The notes beneath the pieces are model-generated. The model worked only from the letters and a program-made list of their open reading frames with translations. It searched no databases and had not been told where the DNA came from. Below are positions 38,370-52,290 of a stretch of 64,000 bases of DNA, piece after piece. The translations under genes were made by a program, and so were the position numbers. The stretch is from Vicugna vicugna (lineage: Eukaryota): contig MU058565.1 in NCBI GenBank assembly GCA_013265495.1, positions 1-64,000 of the forward strand, given 5' to 3'. The stretch's first letter is position 1. Each line of letters starts with the position of its first letter.

Positions 38370-39736
38370 CTGAGTGGAGAAAGAAAGACGTGGACAATTA
38401 CAATCAGCACCACTTTACCATCCTTACCCACCAAACGCAACAAGAATGTATGTAAATTCAGATGCCCAGGCAAGACAGGTAAAGAGCCACCAGTTTAAGG
38501 CCCACCTGCTGGATCATGGAAGAACCTATGCTGCCGTCACACTCACTCATGAGGTGTATATGAGGTGACAGTGATGCAGCTGGCCCTGTGCTGGGGTGAT
38601 GGGGACACTAAGGCAAGTTAGACACCCTCACCCCCAACTCAAGGAGCTCAGGCATAGAGGGACGGAGGCCCACAATCAGACAAATTGCAGTAGCGTGTTT
38701 TGACTATGGGCAATAGCAGGTGTATAAGCGCTGTGTCTGAGCAGGACGAAGGATGGAATAATTAACTCTTCCTGGGGAAGCCAGGAAAGGAGACATTCAT
38801 CTGGATCTCGCCTCAACACAGTTCTCACAGCTGATCCCTCTTAAGCACATCACAGGACAGCAGCACCCTGCTAGGGCTGCCAGAAACATCACCCCTCCTC
38901 GGCGTGCACCCCTGCTAAGGCTGCAGAGACCCGCTCTTCCTCAGCGCCACTGATCTGTGGTTGCCCTGAGGGCAGAATCATTTCTGTAAAACGTAAGGAG
39001 TAAAAATGTTTCTAGTTAAAAAAAAAAAAGTCACTCCAGCATTGATTAAGGGGATCCCATAGACAGGTGACCATATGTTCCCAGTTTTCCCAGGACATTC
39101 TCAGTTTATACCTGTTGTTCCTGCATAATTAAAAACAAGTAGAAATAAAGCATGGTTTTCACATTTGACCCCACCCCTCAAAATCTCAGTTTAGACAACA
39201 AATGCTGTGGTCACCCTACCCGTAGGCCTTACAGGGTCTTCTCTCTTTTGAGGAAGAACAAAGGGTATTTAAGAGTTAATATTTAGTATTTGCTGGTATC
39301 CTCTGGAAAACTGTGAAGAGACCGAAGTTGTTTCCAGTTCCATTCTGTGACGTTCCTGCCCCGTCCACTGCCTGCCAGCACGCACCAAGGGCCTTCCCCT
39401 GCCACCAGGCCACACCCTCTGCACTCAGAGCCTTGGTCCAATAACATTTCTTCTTTCTAAACTATGAACTTTTGTCTTCCAGAATATCTAAAGTGACAGG
39501 TAAGCGAATAAGTTAATCCTGGCTCATGCTCGCAGGAGGAGACCCTTTCTCTCCTGACTGTCCTGCGTCCTTCGGTGAGCCAACACTCATTCTGAGGTGG
39601 CCCGCTGGAGTTGTCCCACCACACACCTGCTTCTGCCTGGTCCCTAGGGTAACTCAACATGGCTTTTCGGCTCCGTGGCAGGCAGCTGGAGGGTCTCCAC
39701 GGTGCCCAGAACACCGGCAGCTTCGCCCCTACTTAC

Positions 39737-39825
39737 TCCTTCATGGTGACGGGCTTGCCTTTCTCTGCTTCCTTCCTCATATTTCTCACCAACATATCTC
39801 CATACTGGCCAATGATGGGGAACAT
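39737..39825 (-). CDS. CYP3A: CYP3A gene B exon 6: [30 protein letters not shown]
   Basis: 89 nt, AG/GT flanks. Confidence 0.97.
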
Positions 39826-40089
39826 CTAGACACAAAATACAACACCACCTGAGGTTAAATACAGACACTCAAGTCCTAGAAGGACTTGGTTTTCCCAAGA
39901 ATGGGGCAGTAAGTGAGATTTTTATAATGCATCTTATAATGTTTCTTCTAGGATGTGAAGATAAAAGACTATTTTTAGGAAACCCAAGTTTAGCAGACTG
40001 CTCCTTGAAAAGGGACTACACTCTTATTTTCTACGTGTCCCTAGAGTCATTCTTTAAGTTTCTAACAGCAGGTCCTCTTCTTTCCTTAC

Positions 40090-40203
40090 CTCCTTGAGCT
40101 TTCCGCTGGTGAAGCTTGGAGACAGCAACGTTCGTATTCTCTTCCATTGTTCATCCTGAGCCATAGAGATGGCATTTTTCATAATACCGGTTAAACCAAA
40201 AGA
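40090..40203 (-). CDS. CYP3A: CYP3A gene B exon 5: [38 protein letters not shown]
   Basis: 114 nt, AG/GT flanks. Confidence 0.97.
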
Positions 40204-41361
40204 CTACAGTCAAAAACAAAACGCATTTACCCTCCATAAGTTTTGGAACTTTCAACATTTGTAGAAAATTTCTTAAATAAGAACCAATTATTCAAGAAAT
40301 ATTTAGTGACCATCCACTTAGTAGCAGGCCCTGTGCTCGAGAGATATTTATCCCAAATGCTTGACTGCCTGTGAGGGTGAAGGAGACACCCGGCCACTTG
40401 ATGTGGTTTCCAGCCTTTATATTCCAACCTCCTTTTAAATGCGTAGGACCCATGTGGCAGTGTAAGGGTTCTTCCAGGGAAACAGGCAGGAGTAATACCT
40501 AGCTCATCCTCCTGGGCTGTGCAGAGCTGGTGACAGATGCCGCACAGCCTTGGCGAGCGTGTGTTGCCTCAAGCCAGTTCTGTCTTTACATACATCTACA
40601 GCATGCGCATTGGAAACAGATGTCTTGATATAGTGACTTTTCAAAAACAAATTAGGACTTTAAAATTCAGGAATCTATTTGCTTTCTGAAGAATTGTTAT
40701 AATTATATGGAAATCCTTTTCCCTCCCATATTTCCTCCAGTGATAGAAGGAAAAGGAAAGGGATCATTCTATTTCTCAGCTTGGGACTGGCTTATCAAGC
40801 CAACATGCTTGAGGCTTTTTACCATATTCCAAACCTATATTTAGTTTTCAGATGGATACCTCACTCATTCATGATAGGAGCCTACATACTAGATAGAGAA
40901 GGACAATTACACAACACGATAAAGAGCATCTACAAAAACCTACAGGTAACATCACACTAAATGATGAAATACTGGAGTGATGTCACCAAAATGGCAGAGC
41001 AGCAGGCTCCAGCCTCCCTCACATCACAAAGAAGAATGGTTAGACAGCTCTCAATAAATGAAAATAGGTCTCGGAGACCTCAGGAGTCCACTTAGAATCT
41101 TCAGAAATACAGTAGCGCAAAAAAAAACTTGAGAATAACTCACAAATCAGTAAGGAGGATAGTTTTGTTTTGCCTGCGTTATCCTATCTCCCCCAGGGAA
41201 GCACTGCCAGGTGCCGAGAGGGGACTCCCCAGCCTGAAGCAGCTCCCGTTGCTGGATGGAGGACCGCAGGGTGAGTGCCCAGTTTCCCCAGCCTTTCAGA
41301 ACACTGCACAAATGACCCACGTTGGCTTCACGCCACCCAGAGACTAGGAACAAAGAAGAAG

Positions 41362-41415
41362 GGCAGGGACGACCAGTGCCAAGCACACGGCAGGGACGAC
41401 CAGTGCCAATCACAC
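41362..41415. repeat. 27 bp tandem duplication (2 copies plus a partial third)
   Basis: GGCAGGGACGACCAGTGCCAA(G/T)CACAC x2; single copy in gene A (~8095). Confidence 0.9.
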
Positions 41416-42372
41416 AGCAGGAATGACCGTGGTCTCTGTGTCCTGCTCAGAGGGAGATCCCAGAGCCTCTGCCACGAGGGAAGCAGCTCCCACAGACAGG
41501 CCCGCGCGAGCTCTGGCAACGGCGCCAACGCTATTCGGTGAAGGAAGAGCAGTCCTTCGGTAAGCGGCGGGGGGGCAGTTTAGACATTTATGCGCAAAAC
41601 ATAAAAGAACCATGACCTAAACTTCACACGTTATATAAAGATTAACACAAAGTGGATCACGGACTAAAATGCAAAACATAAAACTATGTATGTTATATGT
41701 TCAGGAAAAAATAGGAGAAAATCTGAGGGCTAGGTGGTGAGTTTTCAATTTGACACCAAAGGCACAACCCATAAAAGAAAAGATTAATAAACTGGCCTCA
41801 TCAAAATTATTTTTAAAATTTGCTCTACTAAGGCCTTGATGAGAGAAAAGAAAAGCCGCTCGTGGTGACGGGAAAAGAACAGCACGCGGGAGCCTGTGGG
41901 GACGCAGCATCCCTGCACGCCCGCTGCGATGGCAGCCACGCAAGCCTGCCGGACGATCACTGTCGCTGACCAGCACGCACACCAGCAAGGGCACTTAAAC
42001 CTGACGAAGCCTGAGTGAGCTCTGTGGGTAGGACCAATGCCAAGTTCCTGCTTTGCTGTTGCAGTATAGCTGGGCAAGATATTACCACTGGGGAAAAAGG
42101 AGGAAGGGTACATGATGCGGAACCTCCCAGTATTTTTCTCTTTTGACAACATCATGTGAATTTATAATCANNNNNNNNNNNNNNNNNNNNNNNNNNNNNN
42201 NNNNNNNNNNNNNNNNNNNNNNNNNNNNNNNNNNNNNNNNNNNNNNNNNNNNNNNNNNNNNNNNNNNNNNNNNNNNNNNNNNNNNNNNNNNNNNNNNNNN
42301 NNNNNNNNNNNNNNNNNNNNNNNNNNNNNNNNNNNNNNNNNNNNNNNNNNNNNNNNNNNNNNNNNNNNNNNN

Positions 42373-42492
<120 letters not shown>

Positions 42493-44736
42493 TCAGGAAA
42501 ACAGAACCGATTAAATTTACTGATTCAGTAAATCAGCTGGGGCCACATCTGGAAGTCCAGACTCTCATCCTGAGATTATATAATCTTTGCTCCTGGAGAT
42601 GGTGGTTGGAAATACTAGAACATTTGCTAAGTGTAGGTGTTGTGTGCATGGCTTTTTCCTATACCATTCTCCATTATATTGTATGTTTAAAATATTTTAT
42701 TATCAAAAAGGAAGTTAGCTTAGTAAATACTTGAAGGCAAGTAAATTAACTAAGAATTAAAGAATTAATTATGGAGAGTCCACCCACTCAGTCATTTTTG
42801 AAGGTTTATCAAAAGCATGAAAATGCATATGAAATTTATAGACACACTGATTATAAATATGTAACAATGTGCTGGCAAATGGAAGATTTGGAATACTTTA
42901 CAAGTAACAGCAGGGTTATTAAAGATTGCTCTATTTTCTAAAATATGCTTCTAGCTTATAATTTTTTAAAGGAAAATATATTAAATAATAAGGAGATATC
43001 CTTGGTTGCATCAAGGTTAGAAAAATTTGAAACAAGAACGAAGAGAATAAAGAAATTCGGAGGAACATGTATAATTCATTTAAAAATATTCTCTTTTCAT
43101 TACTTATGTTTATTCTTCTACATGGGTCCCCAGGGGGCATCAGGCACCCACATTTGACACACATGCCACACAAAGGTGTCTGTTCATGTGTGACACGTCC
43201 CAGCTTGGCCTGACCGCCTGGCTGTCAGAGTGCCTGTTCATGGGAAGGGGCCACTGGCATGACATTTACTCTAAGTTAACCTCCCCGTCTTCCGGCATTT
43301 TGTTTCCACTGTCAATCACTTGCAATTACAAAGCAAAATAGAAGATTTTCTACAAGTCACCTATTCTTCCTTTGACTTCACAGAGGAATTTCAAATTTTT
43401 TTGATCACATACAAAAATCGCTGAGAACCACTGAGCTTGTTGCTGCCCATTTCCAAAAACTATTCTAAAACTGAGGGTGGAAGAGGGTGTCAGGCGCATC
43501 TAGTGCCGAAGCAGGGACAGAAGTGACTGAGGAGTCCCTCACCTGCTCCCCATCAGAGCGATCATATTTCTTGGAGACTCCCTTCTTCCCATCATGTTTT
43601 TTCAGAAACCCCTGGATGGAGAAGGGCTAGTGGTTGTGCATAATCCATTACAGTCATGATGCCACAGCAGCCTGAATTTCACTACCAGTTAAAATTCAGG
43701 TTTTGAGGCCCCACCCGAGATCCTACTGATTCAGTGTGCTGGTGGGTGGGGTCAAAGTCTACATTTATAAAATGCTCTCCCATGTGACTCTTATTACACC
43801 CAAACATGAGAACCATTTTCGAACAAGAAATCTGGAATTCACCATGAAAAAGTGGCCCCATCCTGAGCTCATAAGTGCTAAATGTTGGTGCTGGTCCAGT
43901 GGCGATCAGTGCCACGTGTTCTCTCCACTCAGTGATGTTACCCTTTTGGGTCATTACAACTCAGCGGAGCCCTATGGTTTCTGAGGACTTGGTGAGAGAA
44001 GATGAAGAGGTAGAGGGGCAGAGCCTTCTCCCACGTGCTTTCGGCAAATCATCACTGCATCACAGCTCTCCTGCTGCTCTCACCAAACCTCCAACGGCTG
44101 CTAACGGCCATCAACCCCCGTGGTGCTCTGAGTTAAGTATATCCTGTGTCTCCTCAAAGTCAGAGGAAAAGAGTCAATAAAACAGTAACTATATTGGCTT
44201 CTACTGGAAAGTCTTGGCTTAAAATTTAAAAATAAAAATAAAAATAACTCCTTACTTGTGGAGAAAATAAAAAGCTGAGCAGAAATAGTTTCCCATTCTG
44301 TTTACCTATAACCCCTAGCTCTTTTCCCAAAAGAATATATTAAATCCAAAATTTAAATAAGGAATTTTTGGCTTTTAATTATAAGTAAAGTATATAGGAA
44401 AGGTGTAATAAAATGCATTTATGAGCACATATTAGGACGTTCTGCAATAATGCATTTTATTATTTATTTATTAAGGGGAAAAAATGGAGATAAGAGGAAG
44501 AGTGAGACACTGGGCATAAAGTGAGGCTGGAGGAAAGCGGTGGCCTGCGGCTCTCCGGGCCTGACTCACTGCAGACCCGCACACCCGGCGACATGGGGGC
44601 TCCCTGGCAGAACAAGCTCCCAAAGCTACACAACAGATGATTTCGGCACAAGCAGCTCTGCACTGAGGCTGCCCTCCGCGGTGTGGGGGGCCTCGCCATA
44701 GCCAGCCTGTCCAATGCAACTTGCCAGAATACTCAC

Positions 44737-44789
44737 CCCCATATTTTTCCATACTTTTTAAAACATTTACTGTCAAAATCCCAAAGGCC
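44737..44789 (-). CDS. CYP3A: CYP3A gene B exon 3: GLWDFDSKCFKKYGKIWG
   Basis: 53 nt, AG/GT flanks. Confidence 0.96.
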
Positions 44790-46599
44790 CTGCAAGGAGA
44801 AACAAAATTAGATAACTAATCAAATTGTGTTGAACTCTACCTCTACTCATGGGACTTGAAACCCGTGAAATCAGGCTATTTCCCACTGGCAGTTGGAGAG
44901 AAGTGCTTATTCAGAGATATCTTAGGGGAAAGAAGGAAAAACAGAAAAGATGTTAGAAACAGGATTTAAAATCACTGTTGCATTTTCTCTGATTGTTGTA
45001 GATACTAAATGCTTAACTTTGCCTATGAATACTAAGTACCTCCTTGTCTTCTGTGAGAAAATTGAAGTTTAGGGAAAGTTAGGGTGGCCTGTAAACAGTT
45101 TCATCTTCTAGTCGAGCATCCTTTTCATTTATCTCATGAGCTCTCTCTAGAATTCTGGCAGAATTAGGAGGTTAAATACACCAGTGACCTCTGTTAGTCA
45201 AACAAATATAAGCAAGTCTAGGACTTTTGAATTGAGTAAGAAAATGAGTGAATGAATTAATCACAAAGTAGACTCACCTTCTAACTTTCCAGCTCAACAC
45301 AAAATAGATGGGAAGACACAACAACTCCACAAAGACAGTGGGAATTAAAACACATGCCCCGAGTTTTCTCTTCTGTAACTTAAAAAAAAAACTCCCTATT
45401 GTTAAGTTTCTGCTGTGATATTTGATGGTTTAATTATGCAAATGAAGGTCCTAGAAGTGTGGGTCTTGGAGTGCATTCACTAAGTTGTTCATATGGGGAA
45501 GGTGGAAAGGAAATCGTTGCCTTTTCAGAAGGATCAAAGTTCAAGCAGTTCTTAGGCAATAATGAGACAATGAAGGCTCAGGTGGGAGAATGAGGGTCTG
45601 AGAAACCAGCCTCAGGTCTGCAGGAAAGGAAGCCCTGAGGCCGAGAGCAGCCTGCACACGAGGCTCTGCCCCTGGATGTCTGGGCACCGCTCATGAGCTT
45701 CAGCTCAGGGCCAGGCCCCGGGCAAGGGGGCGTCAGAGCTGGATTAGCATGAAGGCTCTGCTGGAAGTCACAGTCTGTGTCACCTAGTACATTCCGTTCA
45801 GTTAAATTAAATTGAGAATAATTCTGTCATTCATGTCCTTTCTAATGATTTTGTGTAAGTGATTCTGCCTTGTTTAAAAGGGAAAAACCCGCAACTCATT
45901 TAGTGGTTAAATATCTGAAGTAAATAGACAACCACCACCTTACTGTGTCAGTTTTACCCACGCCCAGCTCAGATGCCCCGGTGAGGTGCCGCACTTGAAG
46001 GCACAGAAGTAGGGCAGAAAGCTCTTGTTCCGCCTCTTGAAACCCAAGAGATGTCAGGGGCAGCAAAAAGTGGAGAGAGTCATGGAAACAGCTGCCGGCA
46101 TTAGCAGTTGTTGAGAGAATTTACGTACGCACACTACCCGATAGTGAGGACTCAGGGTGCCTTAGACACTGAAGTTACCAAGCAAACCAGGAAGAAGAGA
46201 AAAATGCTATCCAGGGCTCATGCTGCCAGCGTGAAAGCCTGACACTAGCGGGGAAGCCGTGACTGGGCGTCCCCTTCACGCTTGTCTCCTAGTGTCAAGG
46301 AGACTTGTGCCTTTCTGGGAATTGACACCTAACAGAAATAAATCCTCTTCGTGATGCTTACAGGTTGTAACTTCAAGTCTTCTGCAGAATCAGCCAGAGA
46401 CCTGGGCTGTCTGAAGCAAAACCTGAGGCTCCTAACAAATAAAAATAGAACCAGGGGGTAAAACTGGCCATAGGCTGACTGGGGCCCATGATGTCACTTC
46501 CGGCAAGTGTGAAACCTCAGAACTTCCTCCTTTTATGATGGAACTCAGGTAGGATTTGCAATCATAAGAAGCAAAAGAGGGAGCTCAAACAACACACAC

Positions 46600-46693
46600 C
46601 TTCCGGTAGGCCAGAACATTTCCAAAATAAGGCAGAGGTCTTGGTCCAGGAATCCCTAGCTTCTTAAAACGTCCATGTGAGTAAGTCCCATAT
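46600..46693 (-). CDS. CYP3A: CYP3A gene B exon 2: [31 protein letters not shown]
   Basis: 94 nt, AG/GT flanks. Confidence 0.97.
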
Positions 46694-48238
46694 CTATAAA
46701 GTGAAAGAGAAAACTGGGTCACAGGGCTTGTGGAATAGGAACTGCAGCTGGCCAGACACTGACTCAGAACCGTAACAATCAACCTACGGAGACAACATGT
46801 AGGCGATAAATAAGAACAGCAACTCCAAAAGCAATAATTATATTCACTCATCATCTCCTTTCCCACCACCACTACGAGACCCACAAAATGCAATGATGAT
46901 TAGCTAAAAACATCTGAACTCTTCACGGTTCCAATCCTAGAGGGAATACTTGACAAATCTTTCCAATTTAGTTTTTCTGAGAGGTCTAAGCTGCAATTCT
47001 TCTAGGAAATTCACTCATATTTATTTAGTAACTTAACTCTTAGATGACTTGGAAATTTTAAAATGTCATCAGACATAAAATATGTTGTCACAATACCTGA
47101 ATTCCTAACATTACTTTTAAAGAATTAAAATGAGGTTTGTACTGCCCATGTTCATGTCATCAAGATTTCCTACTCTTTTCTACTGAAAGTGAAATTGAGA
47201 TAGAGGTCAAGTGTGACATGGAGATGACCTGTCCTACCCACTCATTGAAAATAATTCCTCTTGCAACCTACTGTGTGAAGCCAGGAACCTCACATTGAAA
47301 AAAAATTCCTCTATTAGATGATTGTGATTCATCCTCCTGTACTGTCCTTAAAGGGATAAAATACTTAAAATACAAATTGGCTTTTGGGACTTGTGCCTTT
47401 GCAAGTTGTTAGCAGATTTCATATCATGAGGAAAATATGTTTCTATGGTGATACTAACCCTCCTGGAGACTGGAGGAAAAGGCTAAAAAAATGAATAAAA
47501 TTTCAAGATTCATGCTTAGTCTCTTCTCCTCTACAGATTTCTCCCTTAGGGTTAGGTAGTTCTGCATAGTACAGGCTGGGGGAACTGAGTCTTAGTAAGG
47601 AATCCCAAAGGAGGGGCCCAGAAAAGAGAGAAGAGCTGAGTCTGAAGAGAAGGGCAATCAGTCTCTAGCCCCCAGCAAAGTCTGAATGACCAGGTGCTTT
47701 GTGTAAATGATGCCTAGGGTGGGAGGGAAGGGAGCAGGGAACTCCTGAGCACACAGGGGTCAGTCTGTCTATACACACCTCTTGCAGTAGATACTGCACC
47801 CAGAAGGTGAAGTTGAGACAAAAACTTAAGTTACTTAATCATGTTTCTAGAAACCCCAGAGCTTAAGAAGGGGAGAGGACCCCACTGCACAGGAACCAAT
47901 TGTTTTAAATCCCGTCCTGGTGGATTTGGCAACCACCAGGATTCAGTAGAGTCTAGGTCCATGCAAGCTGGTCGTCAATCGGAAGATCATCTGTGGGAGC
48001 AAATAATGTCACTAAACCCTCCTAAACTACAGAAAATGGGAACTTGGGGAAGGTTTGGTTAGTCTTTCAACAGAACTGGGTTAAGATCAATAATAACCCG
48101 TTTGGTGCTTGTAGCACCCACCACTTAAGCAACTTTCTCTTCAATAACTCTGATCCTCAAAACAGTAAAGGGAAAGGGGATCTGATTAGCAGCACAAGTC
48201 CAAGGTTACAGAGGAGACGAGCCTGCACAGATACTCAC

Positions 48239-48309
48239 AGATAGAGCAGCACCAGGCTGGTAGCTAGGAGAACCCAGGTTTCCGTGGAAAAGCTTGGGAT
48301 CAGGTCCAT
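48239..48309 (-). CDS. CYP3A: CYP3A gene B exon 1 (coding): MDLIPSFSTETWVLLATSLVLLYL
   Basis: ATG at 48309, 71 nt, GTGAGT donor. Confidence 0.97.
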
Positions 48310-48419
48310 GGCCGCTGTCCTCCGTGATTCCCTCCCTGAGTTTCCTTTCAGATATGTGTGCTACTCTTTGCCTGCCTGCTTCCTTTCATACCCAGTGATG
48401 ATGCCTTGAAGCTGAAAGG

Positions 48420-48427
48420 TTTATGTA
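48420..48427 (-). promoter_or_regulatory. TATA-like box of gene B (TACATAAA)
   Basis: Same position as the CYP3A4 TATA, following the conserved CAGCTCCA..CCTACTTCCC segment. Confidence 0.55.
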
Positions 48428-48508
48428 TTGGGAAGTAGGTGGAGTTGGAGCTGCAATCAGTTGAAGGAACAACTGTGCTCCACCTGCAGGAGCCCTCTCT
48501 GCCTTAAT

Positions 48509-48522
48509 AGTTGGCAAAGCAT
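48509..48522 (-). promoter_or_regulatory. C/EBP-like site (ATGCTTTGCCAACT) between ER6 and TATA; identical copy in gene A at 14349-14362
   Basis: Conserved in both paralogs; resembles the TTTGCCAACT element of the human CYP3A4 proximal promoter. Confidence 0.5.
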
Positions 48523-48538
48523 CATGGACGCCACAGTT

Positions 48539-48556
48539 TGACCTCCCTTGAGTTCA
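48539..48556 (-). promoter_or_regulatory. Proximal ER6 (PXR/CAR/VDR-RXR element) of gene B: TGAACT-caaggg-AGGTCA
   Basis: Both half-sites match the human CYP3A4 proximal ER6 (TGAACTcaaaggAGGTCA), at the equivalent position ~230 nt upstream of the ATG. Confidence 0.88.
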
Positions 48557-49974
48557 TATTCTCTGGGAATTCAATAACAACTCAATCAGTGTAATCAGTA
48601 AGTCCAAAGTTTATAGAAACTCAAACAAAATCATTAGCCATTAATCTCTAAACTGCCTTGTTTCTGTAACTACCTAAACTCCAAAATACATGAAATCCTT
48701 CAGACAAGCTGGGTCTACAGATCTTTGCCCATGCAGTTTCCTCTGCTTACAAATCCCCTTGTTCCCCCTCTAAGGCATCTACTCATCCTCTACATTGCAG
48801 CTTAGAAAAAACATTCTTTGTCAGAGTCCTTCCTAACCAACCTCCTTGAGCAGAAATAACTACTTAACCGAGCGGGCAATTCACATTCCCCCCACCCCCC
48901 ACAATTCTATTATTGTCCTTTTATCCTCCAGAACCGCACATTCTTGGCCTCCACACCTATTGCCCTTAACAGATTGAGAGCTTGGGCGCAAACTGGGTGT
49001 TAGTGACCCTATATTCCTGGTAGCTAGCAGGGGGCTTTCTGAGGAATGGGCATCCAGAAAGGTTGGTGAACTTGAGTTGGTGGAGGTAAGACTGCTGGGC
49101 CCCTGTGTCTCCTTTCCCTGGGGTTCCTTGCTGACCATACCAACGTCCTGAATTGTAAATACAACAGAGGGCCTGGCAGGACCTCAGCCACCATCACGGC
49201 ACATGCAGGATGATCCATCAGGATTCTGTCGACAAGAGGCCCCAGAAGGGGAGGCAGGACATGGACCAGGCAGTAACGGCTGTGTCAAGGGTATCAATTC
49301 AGGCAGATTCTTGTCCTGCCCATGAGAGGGCCCTGTAGCAGACAGCAGTTAGACAAATTCTCGACCAAAGAATCCGCCCCCCTCTCCACATGCCCCCCCC
49401 CCCGTCTCTGGAAAGGCGTCAAGTTCAAGATCAATGGGTATGAAGGGAGTGAAGGGGAGAAAGCCACCTGATGACGAAGTGGAGCCCAACCGCCTTAACC
49501 ACCTGTGGTGAGGCACACATAGCTTGTAGGACTTAGAAAGGTGACATGAGGTTTCTCTATGGGGCAAAGTGGGCGTCAGAGTAGATGCTTCCCTATTGTT
49601 GACTAGACTGAAAAATTTTCACAGGTAGTGAGAGTTAGTAAGGAGGAGGCCTATGGTAGAAGTTGTTGTCATCTCAAGGGCCCACTGCATTCCTACTGAG
49701 GCTAGAGGATTGACGTTCTGAAATTTACACTGGCTCTCTGACCAACGTCCTGTGTCTGCCTGGCCCAAGAAATCACAGATCATGGGAAAAACAAAAACTC
49801 AGAAGTTCTTAAAACTCAGCAGAAACGAAAGACATTTAAGCTGTGTTTATGCACTTCCTTTTCCTTTTGTTCTTTCTGACTTTCAGTCCTTCTGTAAATG
49901 CTGATGCTCACCTCTCACCAACTCTTTCCCTTCCTCTAGCCAGAAATCCAACACCAGTCTGAGTGGGTGAATAA

Positions 49975-51800
49975 ACCTAACAAGGACCATACACCATGAT
50001 CAAGTTACATAATAAAGGAGATGAAAGACTTACGCGCTGAAAAATATAAAACATTGATAAAGGAAATTGAAGATGATGTAAAGAAATCGAACTCAGATAG
50101 GAAGAATTAATATGGTTACAATGGCTACATTACCTAAAACAATCTACAGTTCTAATGTGATCGCTATCAAATTACCTATGACATTTTTCAGAAAACTAGA
50201 ACAAGTAATTCTAAAATAAATAGGGAACAACAAAGGATCCAGAATTGCCAAAGCATACCTTAGAAAAAAGAACAAAGCTGGAGGCATACCTTCTCAAACT
50301 TCAGAAAACACTACAAAGCTATAATAATTGAAACACTGTGGTATAGGCCCCTAAACAGATATGTAAATCAATGGAACAGAGTAGAGAGTCCAGAAATAAA
50401 CCCACACACCTATGGATAATTAATCTATGACCAAGAAGGCAAGAATATACAATGGAGAAAAGACAATCTTTTCAGTAAGTGGTGTGAGAAAGGTGGACAG
50501 CCTCATAGAAATCAATGAAACTAGAACACCCCCTCACAAGATGTATGGTTTAAAGACCTAAATATAAAACGTGACACCATAAAACTCCTAGAAGAGAACA
50601 TAGGTGAAACATTTTTGGACATAAATACTATCCATTTTTTTTAGAGGAGTCTCCCAAGGCAAAAGACACAGAAGCAAAAATAAATCAGTGGGNNNNNNNN
50701 NNNNNNNNNNNNNNNNNNNNNNNNNNNNNNNNNNNNNNNNNNNNNNNNNNNNNNNNNNNNNNNNNNNNNNNNNNNNNNNNNNNNNNNNNNNNNNNNNNNN
50801 NNNNNNNNNNNNNNNNNNNNNNNNNNNNNNNNNACTCAATATAATAAAAAAAACAAACAAACAAGCCAATCAANNNNNNNNNNNNNNNNNNNNNNNNNNN
50901 NNNNNNNNNNNNNNNNNNNNNNNNNNNNNNNNNNNNNNNNNNNNNNNNNNNNNNNNNNNNNNNNNNNNNNNNNNNNNNNNNNNNNNNNNNNNNNNNNNNN
51001 NNNNNNNNNNNNNNNNNNNNNNNNNNNNNNNNNNNNNNNNNNNNNNNNNNNNNNNNNNNNNNNNNNNNNNNNNNNNNNNNNNNNNNNNNNNNNNNNNNNN
51101 NNNNNNNNNNNNNNNNNNNNNNNNNNNNNNNNNNNNNNNNNNNNNNNNNNNNNNNNNNNNNNNNNNNNNNNNNNNNNNNNNNNNNNNNNNNTAGGATATG
51201 CCTAGAAAAGATGAAAACTCTGATTTGAAAAGATAAATGCACCCCAGTGTTCATGGCAGCATTATTTAGAATAGTCAAGACATGGAAAGAAGCCAAATGT
51301 CCATCAACAGGTGATCGTTTTAAGAAGATGTGACATATCTCTTTGTACACACACAGTGTGATATATATTACTCAGGCATAAAAAAGAATGAAATACTGTC
51401 ATTTGAACACTATGGCTGGACCTAGAGAATATCATCCTAAGTGAAGGCAATCAAAGACAAATAGTATATGGGGAACCTAAAAAATAATACAAATGAATCT
51501 TTATACAAATCAGAGTCAGACTCACAGACACAGAAAACAAACTTGTGGGTACTAAGGGGAGAGAGGGAGAGAGAAATTAGGAATATGGGATTAACAAATA
51601 CAAACTACCATGCATAAGACCGATAGCAACAAGGACTTACGATATAACACAAGGAAAAATATTCACTATCTTGTAATAACCTATAATGAAAAATAATCTT
51701 TAAACAGTTTATACGTATGTATATATATAATAATAACTGAGTCACTTTGCTATACACCTGAACTTAACACAATATTGCAAATCAACTAGAGTTCAATTCT
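49975..51800 (+). mobile_element. L1 ORF2-3'UTR insertion upstream of gene B (contains N gaps)
   Basis: Clear L1 ORF2 C-terminal region and 3'UTR; absent at the gene A homolog (~15800). Confidence 0.9.
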
Positions 51801-52160
51801 AAAAGGTTGTAAACACTGCAAGACTGGTATTCGGGCACAATCTGTACCGACTGCCGAGATCAGCGTAAAACGGTTACTCAATAAATGTTTGTCAAATTGA
51901 GTTGAATCAATATAGTGCCCTCCACATTTATTACTCATTTGCTTGTATTGATTTTTATACTGACTAAATGATTAAATAAACCACTTTGCTGGTACGTACA
52001 AAGTATTAAAATACTTTAGACCAACTCTCTGCTTTTGGTTTAATACTGACCCTTGCTTGGAAGACTCATTCTGCATACGTAGCAACTCTTTGAGGTAGAT
52101 TCTGAGGAAGCACTTTCAGAGCCAACTATGAGTTAAAGATATTGAATGTCTACATTGATT

Positions 52161-52290
52161 CTATTGTTTTTAAACTTTTTTTTCTTTTTGATGGGGGGGG
52201 AAAACAGGTTTATTTATTTATTTTAGTGGAAGTACTGGGGATTGAAGCCAGGGCCGCGTGCATGCTAGGATCTATACCCGCCCCCGGAAA
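52161..52290 (-). mobile_element. Vic-1-like tRNA-derived SINE, internally deleted
   Basis: Perfect 12 bp TSD TCTACATTGATT; shared tail taaataaataaacct. Confidence 0.8.
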
